From NCBI GenBank assembly GCA_902625455.1, contig CACOBL010000001.1, forward strand, positions 244,191 to 308,190: DNA of 64,000 nucleotides, read 5' to 3'. How positions within the stretch are numbered: the stretch's first letter is position 1; every line of letters starts with the position of its first letter. Positions 39,345-50,504 of the stretch are shown in pieces. A program made the position numbers and the translations under genes. Source of the stretch: an uncultured Candidatus Actinomarina sp. GTDB lineage: Bacteria > Actinomycetota > Acidimicrobiia > Actinomarinales > Actinomarinaceae. Below the pieces are notes generated by a model. That model was not told the DNA's origin, made no database searches, and was given only the letters and a program-made list of their open reading frames with translations.

Positions 39345-40634
39345 ATGAACAGGGTAGTTTTTATATTTTTATCTATTTTATTAATTGTTTTTCCACTTTC
39401 TATTGAGAATATTGAAAATGAAAATGTTAGCTATTTCGAACTTGTTAAAAATATAACAACTGAGTTAATTCATACTGTAGTTAAAGCTCAAGTAAAAAAT
39501 CCTGAAGAAATAAACTTTACTAATGACCAAGTAGCTCTTCTTAAAATCAAATTAGATGAACTAGAGGTAATTGATTTCGAGTTTGAAAATAATTTAATCC
39601 AAAATTATGAAAGATCAATTATTCAAATTAACAAAGATTTGAATAAAAATTTAGCAATTTATGAATATAGAAAATTCGTAAATGAATTTGGTGGAATCAA
39701 AGGAATTTATTTAAACAGTTATGACTTTGTAAATTTAGACAAAATGTCATCTATTAAAGCAATAATTGACGAAACAGTTGTAAATACTCTAGTTATTGAT
39801 GTTAAAACAGACCATGGTCATTTAATGTATGACAGCAATGTTCAAGAAAGCTATGAAATTAACAATGAAAGAGTAAAATTTAATAAAACATCTCTCGAAG
39901 AACTTAAAACTAATCACAATTTATATTTAATTGGAAGAGTTGTTGCTTTTCAAGATCCTTTATTTGCAAAAACATACGAAGATTCATCTGTATTTAACTC
40001 AAAAACTAATTCTATTTTTTCAAAAAATGGACAGTATTTTCTTGATCCAAGTGATCAAAAAAGTAGAAATTATGTATTAAATATTGCAATAGAAGCATGT
40101 AATTTAGGGTTTGACGAAATTCAATTTGATTATATTAGATACCCAGATGCAGTTAATAACCATCTAGTTTATAAAGAAGAAAGTAATTTTGAAAATAGAA
40201 CGCGTAATATAAATTCATTTTTATATGAGGCAACAAAAATACTTCATGGAGAAGGCTGTTTAGTATCTGCAGACATATTTGGATATGTTTTACAATCTGA
40301 GTCTGATAATGGAATTGGTCAACATTTGGAAACTATTGTTAAGTCAGTAGATTTTATATCACCGATGGTTTATCCGTCTCATTATTCAAATGGATCATTC
40401 GGTTATAAATATCCAAACAAGCATCCCTATGAAGTTGTTACTGCTGCACTTAATGATGGGATATATAGAGGAACTAAGGTAGAACAGTTGCGACCTTATT
40501 TGCAAGGATTTTGGCATACCCCAAAAGATGTGAGATTAAATATAAAAGCTGCAGAGGATATAGGACTTGATTGGATAATTTGGAATAATTCTAGTGTGTA
40601 TGATACAAATTACTTTACTAAAATCGAATCATGA
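39345..40634 (+). CDS. Secreted putative glycoside-hydrolase-like TIM-barrel protein (DUF4015/GHL-type)
   Basis: Signal peptide. Motifs GIKGIYLNSYDF ... TLVIDVKTDHG ... FDEIQFDYIRYP are typical of the putative glycosyl hydrolase domain family. Confidence 0.4.
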   Translation: MNRVVFIFLSILLIVFPLSIENIENENVSYFELVKNITTELIHTVVKAQVKNPEEINFTNDQVALLKIKLDELEVIDFEFENNLIQNYERSIIQINKDLNKNLAIYEYRKFVNEFGGIKGIYLNSYDFVNLDKMSSIKAIIDETVVNTLVIDVKTDHGHLMYDSNVQESYEINNERVKFNKTSLEELKTNHNLYLIGRVVAFQDPLFAKTYEDSSVFNSKTNSIFSKNGQYFLDPSDQKSRNYVLNIAIEACNLGFDEIQFDYIRYPDAVNNHLVYKEESNFENRTRNINSFLYEATKILHGEGCLVSADIFGYVLQSESDNGIGQHLETIVKSVDFISPMVYPSHYSNGSFGYKYPNKHPYEVVTAALNDGIYRGTKVEQLRPYLQGFWHTPKDVRLNIKAAEDIGLDWIIWNNSSVYDTNYFTKIES

Positions 40635-41773
40635 CCAATAAAGAAAAATTCAAAGATACGTTAGATAATCTACATAAGGAGCTCTGTGATGTTAGTGATT
40701 GGATGTACCACAACCCAGAAGTAGGGTTTGAGGAATATAAAACTTCAAAATATTTAGTCAATTTTATTGAGAGCAAGAATACAAAAGTTAATTATCCTTC
40801 ACATAATCTTGATACGGCTTTCGATGTAACTTTTGGAGATTCTGGACCTCTTGTTGTATTGTGTGTTGAATATGATGCGTTACCAGAAATTGGACATGCA
40901 TGTGGACACAATATCATTGCAACTGCATCGATTGGTGCTGGTTTAGGCCTACAAGATTTAGCAAATGATTTAGATATTAGAGTGAAACTCCTTGGAACCC
41001 CAGCTGAAGAAGGTGGCGGAGGAAAAATTATTTTACTTGATAATGGAGCTTTTGAGGATGCTAAATGTTCAATGATGATTCATCCAGCATATGAAAATGT
41101 AGTTAACCCTACCTTTACAACCATACAGCAATATACAGTAGAATTTTACGGTAAAGATGCTCATGCTGCTGGAGCGCCGGAAGAAGGAATTAATGCTTTA
41201 GATGCACAAATCCAACTTTTTGTAAATGCTTCAACATATAGACAACAAATGGTACAAACCAATAGAATGCACGGAGTGATTAAAGAAGGAGGATTTAAGC
41301 CAAATATAATTCCTTCATACACAAAATCTGAATGGTATTTAAGATCTTTAGATAAAGAAGGGTTAGACAAACTTGAAAGTGATTTTTATAATTTCGCCAA
41401 TGCAGCAGCTTTATCAACGAAGTGTGAAGTAAAAATAACTTTTCCTGATTACAGGTATGAAGAAATTGATAACAATAAAACAATGTATGAACTATATGCA
41501 GCTAATTCTGCTGATATAGACAGGAAAATGATTTTACAAAAAGAAGCTACAAGACCTGGTTTAGGATCAACAGATATGGGAAATATTTCTCAAGTATTCC
41601 CATCAATTCATCCTATGTTGTCCATAGATGCTAAAAATGCAGTAAATCATCAACCGGAATACGCTGCTGCAACTATTACTCCTGGTGGTCACAAAGCTAT
41701 ATATGACGGTGCTTATGCAATGGGAGCTACCATTATTGATTTAGCTGAAAAAAATCTCTGGGATAGTCTTTAG
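40631..41773 (+). CDS. M20D-family amidohydrolase (N-acyl-amino acid / aminobenzoyl-glutamate hydrolase-like)
   Basis: Metal-binding [27 protein letters not shown] and other M20 motifs. Confidence 0.75.
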   Translation: MTNKEKFKDTLDNLHKELCDVSDWMYHNPEVGFEEYKTSKYLVNFIESKNTKVNYPSHNLDTAFDVTFGDSGPLVVLCVEYDALPEIGHACGHNIIATASIGAGLGLQDLANDLDIRVKLLGTPAEEGGGGKIILLDNGAFEDAKCSMMIHPAYENVVNPTFTTIQQYTVEFYGKDAHAAGAPEEGINALDAQIQLFVNASTYRQQMVQTNRMHGVIKEGGFKPNIIPSYTKSEWYLRSLDKEGLDKLESDFYNFANAAALSTKCEVKITFPDYRYEEIDNNKTMYELYAANSADIDRKMILQKEATRPGLGSTDMGNISQVFPSIHPMLSIDAKNAVNHQPEYAAATITPGGHKAIYDGAYAMGATIIDLAEKNLWDSL

Positions 41774-42498
41774 AGAATTTGACTTAAAAATAGCTTAGTT
41801 CTATCACTCTCAGGATTATTAAAAAATTCTTCAGGAGTGTTTTGCTCTACAAGTTGACCTTCATCAAATAACATAACTCGATCTGCAACTTCTTTTGCAA
41901 ATCCCATTTCATGAGTAACCACAATCATTGTCATACCAGATTGTGCTAATTCTTTCATAACATCTAATACTTCTTTGATCATTTCAGGATCTAATGCAGA
42001 AGTAGGTTCATCAAAAAGCATAATCTTTGGTTCCATAGCTAGCGCTCTTGCAATCGCTACTCTTTGTTGCTGACCACCAGAAAGTTGTCCGGGAAATTTA
42101 TCAGCCTGCTCAGGTATACCCACTCTTTCAAGTAATTCCATAGCTTTCTCTTCTGCTTCAGATTTACTTTTCTTTCTTACCCAAATTGGAGCTAGTGTGA
42201 TGTTTTGTAATACTGTTAAATGTGGAAATAAATTGAAGCTTTGAAACACCATTCCAACTTCGGATCTAATCGCTTCAATATTTTTTAAGTCATTTGTAAG
42301 CTCAATTCCATCAACAATAATCTGGCCATCCTGATGTTGTTCAAGTCTATTAATGCATCTAATAAAAGTTGATTTGCCTGAACCTGATGGACCGCAAATA
42401 ACTAGTACTTCTCCTTCTGCTACATCCATTGTTATACCTTTTAAGGCTTGGAAATCGCCGTACCATTTTTTTACGTCTATTGATTGTATTATGCTCAT
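41770..42498 (-). CDS. Amino-acid ABC transporter ATP-binding protein
   Basis: Walker [10 protein letters not shown], signature [15 protein letters not shown], Walker [12 protein letters not shown]. Polar amino acid ATPase subfamily (GlnQ/AapP-like). Confidence 0.9.
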   Translation of the reverse strand: MSIIQSIDVKKWYGDFQALKGITMDVAEGEVLVICGPSGSGKSTFIRCINRLEQHQDGQIIVDGIELTNDLKNIEAIRSEVGMVFQSFNLFPHLTVLQNITLAPIWVRKKSKSEAEEKAMELLERVGIPEQADKFPGQLSGGQQQRVAIARALAMEPKIMLFDEPTSALDPEMIKEVLDVMKELAQSGMTMIVVTHEMGFAKEVADRVMLFDEGQLVEQNTPEEFFNNPESDRTKLFLSQIL

Positions 42499-42505
42499 AA
42501 TTTGA

Positions 42506-44341
42506 TTATCTTTCTCCTAATCCTAATCGTTTTTCAATTTTCATGCTTCTTCTTGCAAAGCTGTAAGTAAAAATCCAATAAAATATTGCACAGAATAAAA
42601 TATTTTCTTGAATTGTTCCAAGAAAGTTAGCTCCTTGAGATTGGTTTGGAATAACTTTTGAACCTATATAAAGCAAATCGAAAAGTCCTACAATTGCAAC
42701 TAAGCTTGTATCTTTAAATAAACTAATGACTTGGCTTACAATTGGAGGAATAACTGCTCTCAATGCTTGAGGCATAACAATTAAAGAAATTCTTTGTAAA
42801 GTACTTAACCCAACAGCATCAGCTGCTTCAAACTGACCTTTACTTATCGACTGTAATCCACCTCTAACATTTTCAGCTAAATAAGCAGCACTGAAAATAG
42901 ACGTAACAACTACTGCCCTTACAACTTCATCAAACTCAACTCCTGATGGCAAAAAGAAAGTTAACATAACGCTTCCAAAGAAAAGCCATGTAATGAAAGG
43001 TACAGATCGAACAAGTTCAATTATGGCGGTACAGATTATTCTAATAATAGGCAAGCTTGAAGTTCGTCCTAAAGCAAGCATAACTCCAAAAGGAAAAGAT
43101 ATTGCAATTCCAAAAAATGCTAAAACCCAAGTCAAAGCAAAGCCACCGTAGATTGAAGATCCAGGTACAACTATGAGAGTTTCTGAAGTTCCACCTCTCA
43201 TTAGTAAGATTAAAATTGTAATAGCAACAGACCAAACAATAAATAAGCTTCTTGCAGATTCTTTAGAGTTTGCAATTGTAGGAGCAACTGAAATTAAAAT
43301 CCATAGTAGAAAGAAAAGCAGTTTCAATTGTCTAAGTACTGGAAGTGAAAAAACAACTACTGCAATTATTAATGAGCCATAAACAAAGTATCTTTGATAC
43401 TGGATCAGTTTTTCAGAATTTAAATAATTTATTACTAAATATCCTATTACAGAAAAACCAAGGATAACTGGCAAGTCAAGAGTGGTTATTTGTGAAACCG
43501 TAAAGTCAGGTTTTCTATAAATCCAAGTTACAACTACTAATGGTGTTAGGAGCCAAGAAACAGGTAAAATTCTCTTGAATGAAGTTAAGTTTTTTGAATT
43601 CAAATATCTACCAATAAAAAAAGTGACTACTAAAAGTACATAAAGTGCTGTCCAAGGGTTTTTTGTAGAAGCCGCAAGAGGAAGAAGTGGGTCAGGCTCT
43701 ACTCTTACATTGGATGAATCAAAAGTTACAGTTGGGACTCTAATTAACCAAATTGAAATAACTAATAGACCTATATAGCCAATATTTAAATAATCTTTTG
43801 AAATTTCTTGAGTTGAGAGTTTTGTTCTTATAAAATACGAAATCAAAATTAATCCTGCCAAAATAGCAAGCAAATAAATCCTCAACTCTTGTTGAAATAC
43901 ATCGACTACTGTTCCTTCAACTTTGTCAACAACTACAGATGTTGGAGCGATTAAAACAAGTAAAAATAAAGATGAAAACACTTTCATCATAGTTGTGCCA
44001 GTTGATTTTAAGCTTGATTTTTCATTTATACTATTAAATCCCCAGGTTAAACCCAGTAATCCCATAACTAAACCAATGGTTATCCATACCCTTATGAAAT
44101 CTGATTCGGGATAGGCTTGAACCATATAGAGCCTAAGATTATATGTGATTGCTGTCCACTCTCTTTCAGGTGAAATAAAAAATCCAATTATCGATCTAAA
44201 TAGTCCAATTAAAGCGCTAATAGAGATAAAAGTAAGAATTGCTGAACCTGTGCTTGAAAAAAGATTTTCTCTTAACCACCTGTTAACTCCAGCGAATTGT
44301 ACTTCTGGAGGGCTTTCCTGAATGTTTACATCATCTGCCAT
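42506..44341 (-). CDS. Amino-acid ABC transporter permease (extended N-terminal TM domain)
   Basis: C-terminal EAA-loop region ([28 protein letters not shown]). 611 aa, about twice the usual size. Confidence 0.75.
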   Translation of the reverse strand: MADDVNIQESPPEVQFAGVNRWLRENLFSSTGSAILTFISISALIGLFRSIIGFFISPEREWTAITYNLRLYMVQAYPESDFIRVWITIGLVMGLLGLTWGFNSINEKSSLKSTGTTMMKVFSSLFLLVLIAPTSVVVDKVEGTVVDVFQQELRIYLLAILAGLILISYFIRTKLSTQEISKDYLNIGYIGLLVISIWLIRVPTVTFDSSNVRVEPDPLLPLAASTKNPWTALYVLLVVTFFIGRYLNSKNLTSFKRILPVSWLLTPLVVVTWIYRKPDFTVSQITTLDLPVILGFSVIGYLVINYLNSEKLIQYQRYFVYGSLIIAVVVFSLPVLRQLKLLFFLLWILISVAPTIANSKESARSLFIVWSVAITILILLMRGGTSETLIVVPGSSIYGGFALTWVLAFFGIAISFPFGVMLALGRTSSLPIIRIICTAIIELVRSVPFITWLFFGSVMLTFFLPSGVEFDEVVRAVVVTSIFSAAYLAENVRGGLQSISKGQFEAADAVGLSTLQRISLIVMPQALRAVIPPIVSQVISLFKDTSLVAIVGLFDLLYIGSKVIPNQSQGANFLGTIQENILFCAIFYWIFTYSFARRSMKIEKRLGLGER

Positions 44342-45888
44342 TATCTCTCCACGATTTTCATTTTTCTATTGTAATAATTAACAATTGTTGAGAGGGTTAA
44401 ACTAATTGTCGAGTAAAAAGCCATCCAGACTATAAATACAGCAATAGTCTGCCCTTCCTGATTATAAAGAGTTTGGCCGACCGCAACTATTTCAGGATAT
44501 GCAACAGCTATTCCTAATGAAGTATTTTTAGCTAAATTTAAATACTGATTTCCCATTGGTGGGAGCATAATTCTTAATGCTTGAGGGAGAACAATCAGTC
44601 TTAAGAGAGTTCTTCTTCTTAAACCAAGAGAGAGTCCAGCTTCACTTTGACCTTTGGCGACAGCCATAATTCCAGATCTCACAACCTCTGATATGAAAAC
44701 TGAAGTATATAAAATTACACCTACCCATGTAGCAAAATATCCCACAGACATAATTTTCCCTACGTCTGGTGAGTATCTCGTAAACTTAGAAGACCCTGCC
44801 TGAATTGCTTCAGGATAACTGAAAGTAAAAGGTGAGCCGGAATACTCCCAATTAAGTTTATTCTGAATACCATCAAAAAATTGTGGTATGCCCCAATCGG
44901 CTTTGAAAAATAATTCATTTCCTAATAGAAAATCTACTAATGAATTACCTAACGGTAAAAATAATCCAATAATTAATATAAGAACAAGTAAAGCAGCAAT
45001 AATAATTCTGAAAACATCATCATCAGTTAAAATTCCTCTATTTTCAGCGCTTCTTGTTCGTTTTATTTCTCTAGAAATATAACGAAATGCGTAATATGAA
45101 GCTACAACAATAAATGAGAGTTGAAGACCTATTTTAGGAAGTAAATCAAAGAACATTGAAATATAAGAAGCAATGAATCCAATGGCACCAATAGCCTTAT
45201 AGCCACCAAACCAACCAACAATATTCCATGTAATAAATGCACCAAATGCAAATAGTCCTGGTCGTGTATCTACACCCTCTCGTTCAAGCTTTGCAACTCT
45301 TAATTTGAACACTCTTCTAGCAATTGAGAAAGATATTAAAAACCAAACTCCGAATAACCAGCTAGCTTCACCTGGATCAAGCCATGGAAATGCTATCCCT
45401 TTTGCACTTATATGGACAACATGTTGACCTCTATCTACCTCTTCAAGTCTTGGAAAAGAGAGAATAACTGCCTGCCAAAAGAAAATTTGAACAAGCAGAG
45501 GAATATTTCTAACTGTCTCAACAAAACCTGTTGTCGCTCTTTCTACAATCCAGTTTTTTGAAAGTCTTGCAATTCCCATTAATGTACCAAGAAAAGTTGC
45601 AAAGAAAATACCTGAAACAGTAATTCTCAGCATGTTTGCCATACCAATCTGAAGAGCTTGTAAACCTGATTCTGGATAGGTTACGAAACCTTCTGAAACT
45701 TGTATTCCTGGAGTTGAACCAAGAAATCTCCAAGAAAAAGGTAAATTTGTTGCATTTAAATTTGTAATTGCTTGACCAAAAAAATTTCGAATAAGATTAA
45801 AAATTATTAGTAAAAATATAATCTGGCCTGCCCATTTAAGGAATCTAACATCCCGCCAAAACGCTGAATTTAACTTTAATTTATTCAT
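44341..45888 (-). CDS. Amino-acid ABC transporter permease (AapQ-like, extended)
   Basis: EAA-loop region (QSEAGLSLGLRRRTLLRLIVLPQALRIMLPP). 515 aa. Confidence 0.75.
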   Translation of the reverse strand: MNKLKLNSAFWRDVRFLKWAGQIIFLLIIFNLIRNFFGQAITNLNATNLPFSWRFLGSTPGIQVSEGFVTYPESGLQALQIGMANMLRITVSGIFFATFLGTLMGIARLSKNWIVERATTGFVETVRNIPLLVQIFFWQAVILSFPRLEEVDRGQHVVHISAKGIAFPWLDPGEASWLFGVWFLISFSIARRVFKLRVAKLEREGVDTRPGLFAFGAFITWNIVGWFGGYKAIGAIGFIASYISMFFDLLPKIGLQLSFIVVASYYAFRYISREIKRTRSAENRGILTDDDVFRIIIAALLVLILIIGLFLPLGNSLVDFLLGNELFFKADWGIPQFFDGIQNKLNWEYSGSPFTFSYPEAIQAGSSKFTRYSPDVGKIMSVGYFATWVGVILYTSVFISEVVRSGIMAVAKGQSEAGLSLGLRRRTLLRLIVLPQALRIMLPPMGNQYLNLAKNTSLGIAVAYPEIVAVGQTLYNQEGQTIAVFIVWMAFYSTISLTLSTIVNYYNRKMKIVER

Positions 45889-45956
45889 AATTTAATAAGT
45901 AAATAGATAATACCACTCTTACTTTTTCATTTCCATTCGTCTATTAGAAGAAATGT

Positions 45957-45980
45957 GAAAGGGGCCTTACGGCCCCTTTC
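45957..45980 (-). terminator. Intrinsic terminator/attenuator hairpin between the SBP gene and the permease genes
   Basis: Perfect 10-bp GC-rich stem gaaaggggcc-ttac-ggcccctttc, with a U-rich tract on the minus-strand transcript. Confidence 0.6.
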
Positions 45981-46000
45981 TAAAAAACAATTAAGTTTTT

Positions 46001-47071
46001 TTACCTTGCTGGAGGTGCGTAAATTAATCCGCCTTCAGTCCAAGGTGCGTTTGCAGAACCTTCTCTATAAAGTCCGACAGGATTTAAGTTTTTAGAATAA
46101 ATCTCGTCATAGTTACCAACTTGCTTGATAACGTTATAGTAAGCATCGGCACTTAGGCCCATGACTGTTTGCAATTCGCCGTCGTTCTTGCCCATAAGTC
46201 TTCCCATTTCTGGATTTGCATCATAGTCAAAAGAATCAACGTTGGCTCTACCTACACCATATTCATCAGCGATGAATGTAGCATAAACAGTCCAGTTAAC
46301 GATGTCTGCCCATTGGCTATCGTTTGAACGATATACAGGACCAAGAGGTTCTTTAGAGATTGGTGATGCTGGGAAAATTGCCCAGTCATTCAATGCACCC
46401 TCTTTAGCTCTGTTACCAACAAGACCAGATCCGTCTGTGGTTACAAGGTCACACTCACCAGCTTTGAATTTCTCCATAGCTTCTGGGAATGCTTCAACTG
46501 TAACAAGCTCAATTGCTGCTCCAGCTAATCTTGCACCTTCAGTAATGTTCTTCTCTGTTGTTGTACCAGCATTAGTACATACTCTTAGACCATCAATGTC
46601 TTTAAGAGTAGAAGAAGCAGAAAGACCATCAGAGTTTCTACCCATTAACTGTTGTCCGTCATAATAGGTTGTTGGTCCAAAGTCGTTACCAAGTTCGGTA
46701 TCACGGCTTTGAGTCCATGTTGTATTTCTGATTAATAGGTCTACTTCACCAGCTGATAGGGCTGTGAATCTTTCAGCAGCTGTAAGTGCTGTAAATTCAA
46801 CCTTGCTGTAATCACCGAAAATTGCTGCTGCAACTGCATAACAGTAGTCAGCGTCAATTCCTGTTACAGAACCGTCAGCTTGTGTCTCAGAGAAAGCAAC
46901 TGCAGAACCTGAAACACCACACTTAAGGAATCCACGTTCTTGAACTTCTTCAAGTGTAGAACCATGATCGTGTTCATCTTCAACAGCAACTTCTTCTTCT
47001 GCTGCTTCAGTAGCACATGCAACTGCTACTAATGCAAATACAAGCAGATATACGATTGATTTTTTATTCAA
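46001..47071 (-). CDS. General L-amino-acid ABC transporter substrate-binding lipoprotein (AapJ-like)
   Basis: Signal peptide plus lipobox (LVAVACAT). Type-II SBP fold motifs. Noticeably higher GC than its neighbours. Confidence 0.75.
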   Translation of the reverse strand: MNKKSIVYLLVFALVAVACATEAAEEEVAVEDEHDHGSTLEEVQERGFLKCGVSGSAVAFSETQADGSVTGIDADYCYAVAAAIFGDYSKVEFTALTAAERFTALSAGEVDLLIRNTTWTQSRDTELGNDFGPTTYYDGQQLMGRNSDGLSASSTLKDIDGLRVCTNAGTTTEKNITEGARLAGAAIELVTVEAFPEAMEKFKAGECDLVTTDGSGLVGNRAKEGALNDWAIFPASPISKEPLGPVYRSNDSQWADIVNWTVYATFIADEYGVGRANVDSFDYDANPEMGRLMGKNDGELQTVMGLSADAYYNVIKQVGNYDEIYSKNLNPVGLYREGSANAPWTEGGLIYAPPAR

Positions 47072-47272
47072 TTTTTATCTCCTTTTAATTAAAAGTAGAC
47101 AGCTTCGTTAAGAAGCCGACATATTCTAAATTTAATATGGTTAATATTTTGAATCAATGAATTTAATGCGAAAAAATTAAAAAATTTGCATTTTTATTTA
47201 AATTCGCTAAGAAACCTCTACAGATTGTAGGAAAAATGCATTATTATTTTATGTTGTATCTAAGGAGAAATA

Positions 47273-48544
47273 TTGTCCACTACCGTAGTTCTCGGAGCCC
47301 AGTGGGGTGATGAAGGTAAGGGTAAAGTCACAGATTTTTTTGCTTCAACAGCTGATTATGTAGTACGTTTTCAAGGTGGAAACAATGCCGGTCACACTAT
47401 TGTTGTTGGAGAAAACAAAATTGCACTGTCTTTAACACCCTCTGGAGTTCTTTATCCTAACTGCACTCCAGTGATCGGGTCTGGTTGTGTTATAGATCTT
47501 GGATTTTTAAAACAAGAACTGGAAATGTTAAATGAAAAAAACATTAATACAGATAAATTAGTGATTTCTGCAAACGCTCATGTAATAATGCCATATCATA
47601 AACTGCTTGATGAGCTCATAGAAGAAAATTTGGGAAAAAACAAAATTGGAACTACAAAAAAAGGTATCGGTCCGTGTTATACAGATAAAATTCAAAGAAA
47701 AGGAATAAGAATCCAAGACTTACTGCATGAAGAAGATTTTGAAAAAAAAGTCAGAAAAAATGTTGAAGATGTAAATCTAACTCTTACAAAAATCTATAAT
47801 CAGGCTCCCTTAATAGCTGATGAAATTATCGATGAATTTGGATCTTACAAAGATATTGTTGCTAATCATGTTGCAGATACATCTCTATTGATATCAAATG
47901 CAATAAAGAATAAAAAAACAATTTTATTTGAAGGAGCTCAGGGAACATTATTAGACATTGATCATGGAACATATCCTTTTGTTACAAGTTCAAATACTTC
48001 TTCTGGAAATGCAGCTATCGGTTCAGGAATAGGTCCTAAAAATTTAGATAAAATTGTTGGTGTGACAAAAGCGTATATATCTCGTGTAGGTAGTGGTCCT
48101 TTTCTAACAGAGCAAAAAAATGAGATCGGAGATTTTCTTATTGAAAAGGGAGCAGAGTTTGGTGTAGTTACTGGGAGAAGAAGAAGATGTGGATGGCTTG
48201 ATTTAATTTCCCTAAAATACTCTGTAAGAGTTAACTCTTTAACAGAGCTTTTTATAACTAAACTTGATGTGCTTTCAGGCCTTGAAGAATTAAATCTTTG
48301 TGTAGGTTATAAAAATAACAATGAAGTTATTACAGATTATCCATTCGATCAAAATATCTTAAATACAGCTGAACCAATTTATCAAACCTTTGATGGTTGG
48401 ACAGATGATATTTCAACCGTTAAATCTTTTGAGAATTTACCAGATAATGCACAAAGTTATATAAAAGCGATTGAAGACTTTATAGAAGTACCTATTACGT
48501 TCATCTCTGTTGGACCAGAGAGAACAGAAAATATAATAATTTAA
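47273..48544 (+). CDS. purA: Adenylosuccinate synthetase
   Basis: QWGDEGKGK P-loop, GIGPCY, TGRRRRCGWLD. TTG start preceded by AAGGAGAA. Confidence 0.95.
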   Translation: MSTTVVLGAQWGDEGKGKVTDFFASTADYVVRFQGGNNAGHTIVVGENKIALSLTPSGVLYPNCTPVIGSGCVIDLGFLKQELEMLNEKNINTDKLVISANAHVIMPYHKLLDELIEENLGKNKIGTTKKGIGPCYTDKIQRKGIRIQDLLHEEDFEKKVRKNVEDVNLTLTKIYNQAPLIADEIIDEFGSYKDIVANHVADTSLLISNAIKNKKTILFEGAQGTLLDIDHGTYPFVTSSNTSSGNAAIGSGIGPKNLDKIVGVTKAYISRVGSGPFLTEQKNEIGDFLIEKGAEFGVVTGRRRRCGWLDLISLKYSVRVNSLTELFITKLDVLSGLEELNLCVGYKNNNEVITDYPFDQNILNTAEPIYQTFDGWTDDISTVKSFENLPDNAQSYIKAIEDFIEVPITFISVGPERTENIII

Positions 48545-49807
48545 ATGATTGATAGATACATAAACGATAAAATTAACGCAATTTGGAATGATCAAAACAA
48601 ATTTGATACATGGAAGCTCATACAGGAGAAGTATGTTGAAACCCTTGAAAACCTAAAAATAGCAGAAAGTGGTGTTGCAAAAAAAATTCAAGCAGCTGAA
48701 GTTTTAAAAGAAGAAGTCTACAAGCAGGAGGAAATTACTAATCATGATTTAGCTTCATTTGTGGACATACTTCAAGAAAAAATTGGTAAAGGCTCAAATT
48801 GGGTTCACTATGGTCTAACTAGTTCGGATATTGTAGATACTGCTAATAGCTTACTAATAATACAATCGATCGAAGTAACTCAAGAGTTAATTCTTGGTTT
48901 GCTTAAAGAAATCAAATCAAAAGCAACAAAAGAAAAAGATACCAAAATTATTGGTAGGACTCATGGTGTGTTTGCTGAAGAAACCTTCCTTGGTAATATA
49001 TTCGGAAACTGGTATCTAGAAATAAAAAGATCATTGGTTAGAGTTGAGAGAGCAAAAGAATCAATTGCTTATGGAAAATTAAGTGGCCCTGTTGGCAACC
49101 ATACTGTTGTTACCGAGGAAATGGAAGAATTAACACTAGAAAAACTTGGACTAAAGTCTGAAATATTTGCGAGTCAAATAGTTAGTAGAGATAGATATGC
49201 TGAGGTGTTTTCATCCCTCTCTATTCTTGCTTCAACCTATGAGAGAATCTCAACTAATCTGAGAAGTTACCAAAGATCAGAAATTTCTGAAATGTATGAA
49301 CCATTTAAAGATGGACAAAAAGGTTCTTCTGCTATGCCTCATAAAAAAAACCCTATAGGCAGTGAGAGAATTACTGGCCTTGCAAGAGTAATGAGGGGAT
49401 ACACATTAAGTGGTTTAGAAAATATGGTGCTATGGAATGAAAGAGATATTTCTAATTCTTCAGTAGAGAGAATTACACTACCAGATTCTTTTAATTTAAT
49501 TTGCTTCATGACTTCAGAGTTAACATCGATTATTCGTGATATGGTCATAAATTATGAACAAATTGAAGTTAATTTAAATAATGCAAAGAGTAAATCAATG
49601 AGTCAACAAATGTTATCTCATCTTGTAAATGAGGGCGTTAATAGAGAAGAGGCTTACAAGGTAATTCAGGAAGAATCATTCAAAAACTTAAGTCCAAATG
49701 AAATTAAGATCAACCTCGAAAAACACTTTAATATTGAATTTCCTAATTTTGACACTCATGATAGTAAAAACATCAGTAAAGAATCTTTTGAGGATAAATT
49801 AACTTAA
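48545..49807 (+). CDS. purB: Adenylosuccinate lyase
   Basis: Fumarate-lyase signature GSSAMPHKKNP. Directly abuts purA. Confidence 0.9.
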   Translation: MIDRYINDKINAIWNDQNKFDTWKLIQEKYVETLENLKIAESGVAKKIQAAEVLKEEVYKQEEITNHDLASFVDILQEKIGKGSNWVHYGLTSSDIVDTANSLLIIQSIEVTQELILGLLKEIKSKATKEKDTKIIGRTHGVFAEETFLGNIFGNWYLEIKRSLVRVERAKESIAYGKLSGPVGNHTVVTEEMEELTLEKLGLKSEIFASQIVSRDRYAEVFSSLSILASTYERISTNLRSYQRSEISEMYEPFKDGQKGSSAMPHKKNPIGSERITGLARVMRGYTLSGLENMVLWNERDISNSSVERITLPDSFNLICFMTSELTSIIRDMVINYEQIEVNLNNAKSKSMSQQMLSHLVNEGVNREEAYKVIQEESFKNLSPNEIKINLEKHFNIEFPNFDTHDSKNISKESFEDKLT

Positions 49808-49808
49808 T

Positions 49809-50489
49809 TTGGAAAATTTTAAAAACAAATTCATAGAGATTAAAGATGAAATTAAAAATCTCAATCCTAACAATGAATCAATCACAGATTCAATAATTGC
49901 GCCGATATTTTTTGTTATAAGTGCTAATTTTTTAGAATTGAATCAAGCGATATACATTACAGCAGCATTATTATCTGCATTTCTTTTTTACAGAGTATTC
50001 AAAAAACAAAATTTAAAATATGTATTTTATGGTTTCATCGGATCTTTAATTGCTTTATTTATTGCCAGAATACAAGGAAGTGCATCTGGATTTTTTCTGC
50101 CAGGAATTATTAGAGATGGCGCAATAGCCTTTGTGGGAGTTGTATCAATCATAGTAGGTAGGCCTTTTACAATATATAGTTCAAAAGCTTTTAGAAATTG
50201 GCCAAAAGAATGGTACTTACATAAAAAAGTAAAGCCAGCATACACTTTGGTAGCTATTATCTGGACACTGTATCTTTTAATAAAGGCAGGTCTACAGATT
50301 TACTTTTACAACAACCCAGAAATTCTTATAGTGATAAAACTTGCAACATCTAATCAAAGCACTCTTGTATTGTTAGTTGCTACATATATTGTTGGTCAAA
50401 AAAGACTACAGAAATTAAATGGGCCAAGTGTGGAAGAATTTATAAATAACACACCTGAGCCATGGACAAGTCAACAAAAAGGATTTTAA
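49809..50489 (+). CDS. Hypothetical 5-6 TM membrane protein
   Basis: Hydropathy only. Confidence 0.3.
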   Translation: MENFKNKFIEIKDEIKNLNPNNESITDSIIAPIFFVISANFLELNQAIYITAALLSAFLFYRVFKKQNLKYVFYGFIGSLIALFIARIQGSASGFFLPGIIRDGAIAFVGVVSIIVGRPFTIYSSKAFRNWPKEWYLHKKVKPAYTLVAIIWTLYLLIKAGLQIYFYNNPEILIVIKLATSNQSTLVLLVATYIVGQKRLQKLNGPSVEEFINNTPEPWTSQQKGF

Positions 50490-50504
50490 GGTTATTATTA
50501 AAAT

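Noticed and set aside
46001-47071. GC-rich SBP gene as a horizontally acquired island
   Set aside because: It is a single gene flanked by its cognate permease/ATPase genes of native composition. Expression-driven codon bias is the simpler explanation, and no mobility genes or repeats flank it.
47072-47272. 200-bp purA upstream region scanned for a riboswitch or PurR box
   Set aside because: Only short inverted repeats (ctacaGATtgtag; tgcattttt/aaaaatgca) were found. Nothing resembles a purine riboswitch core, so it was left as a generic divergent promoter region.
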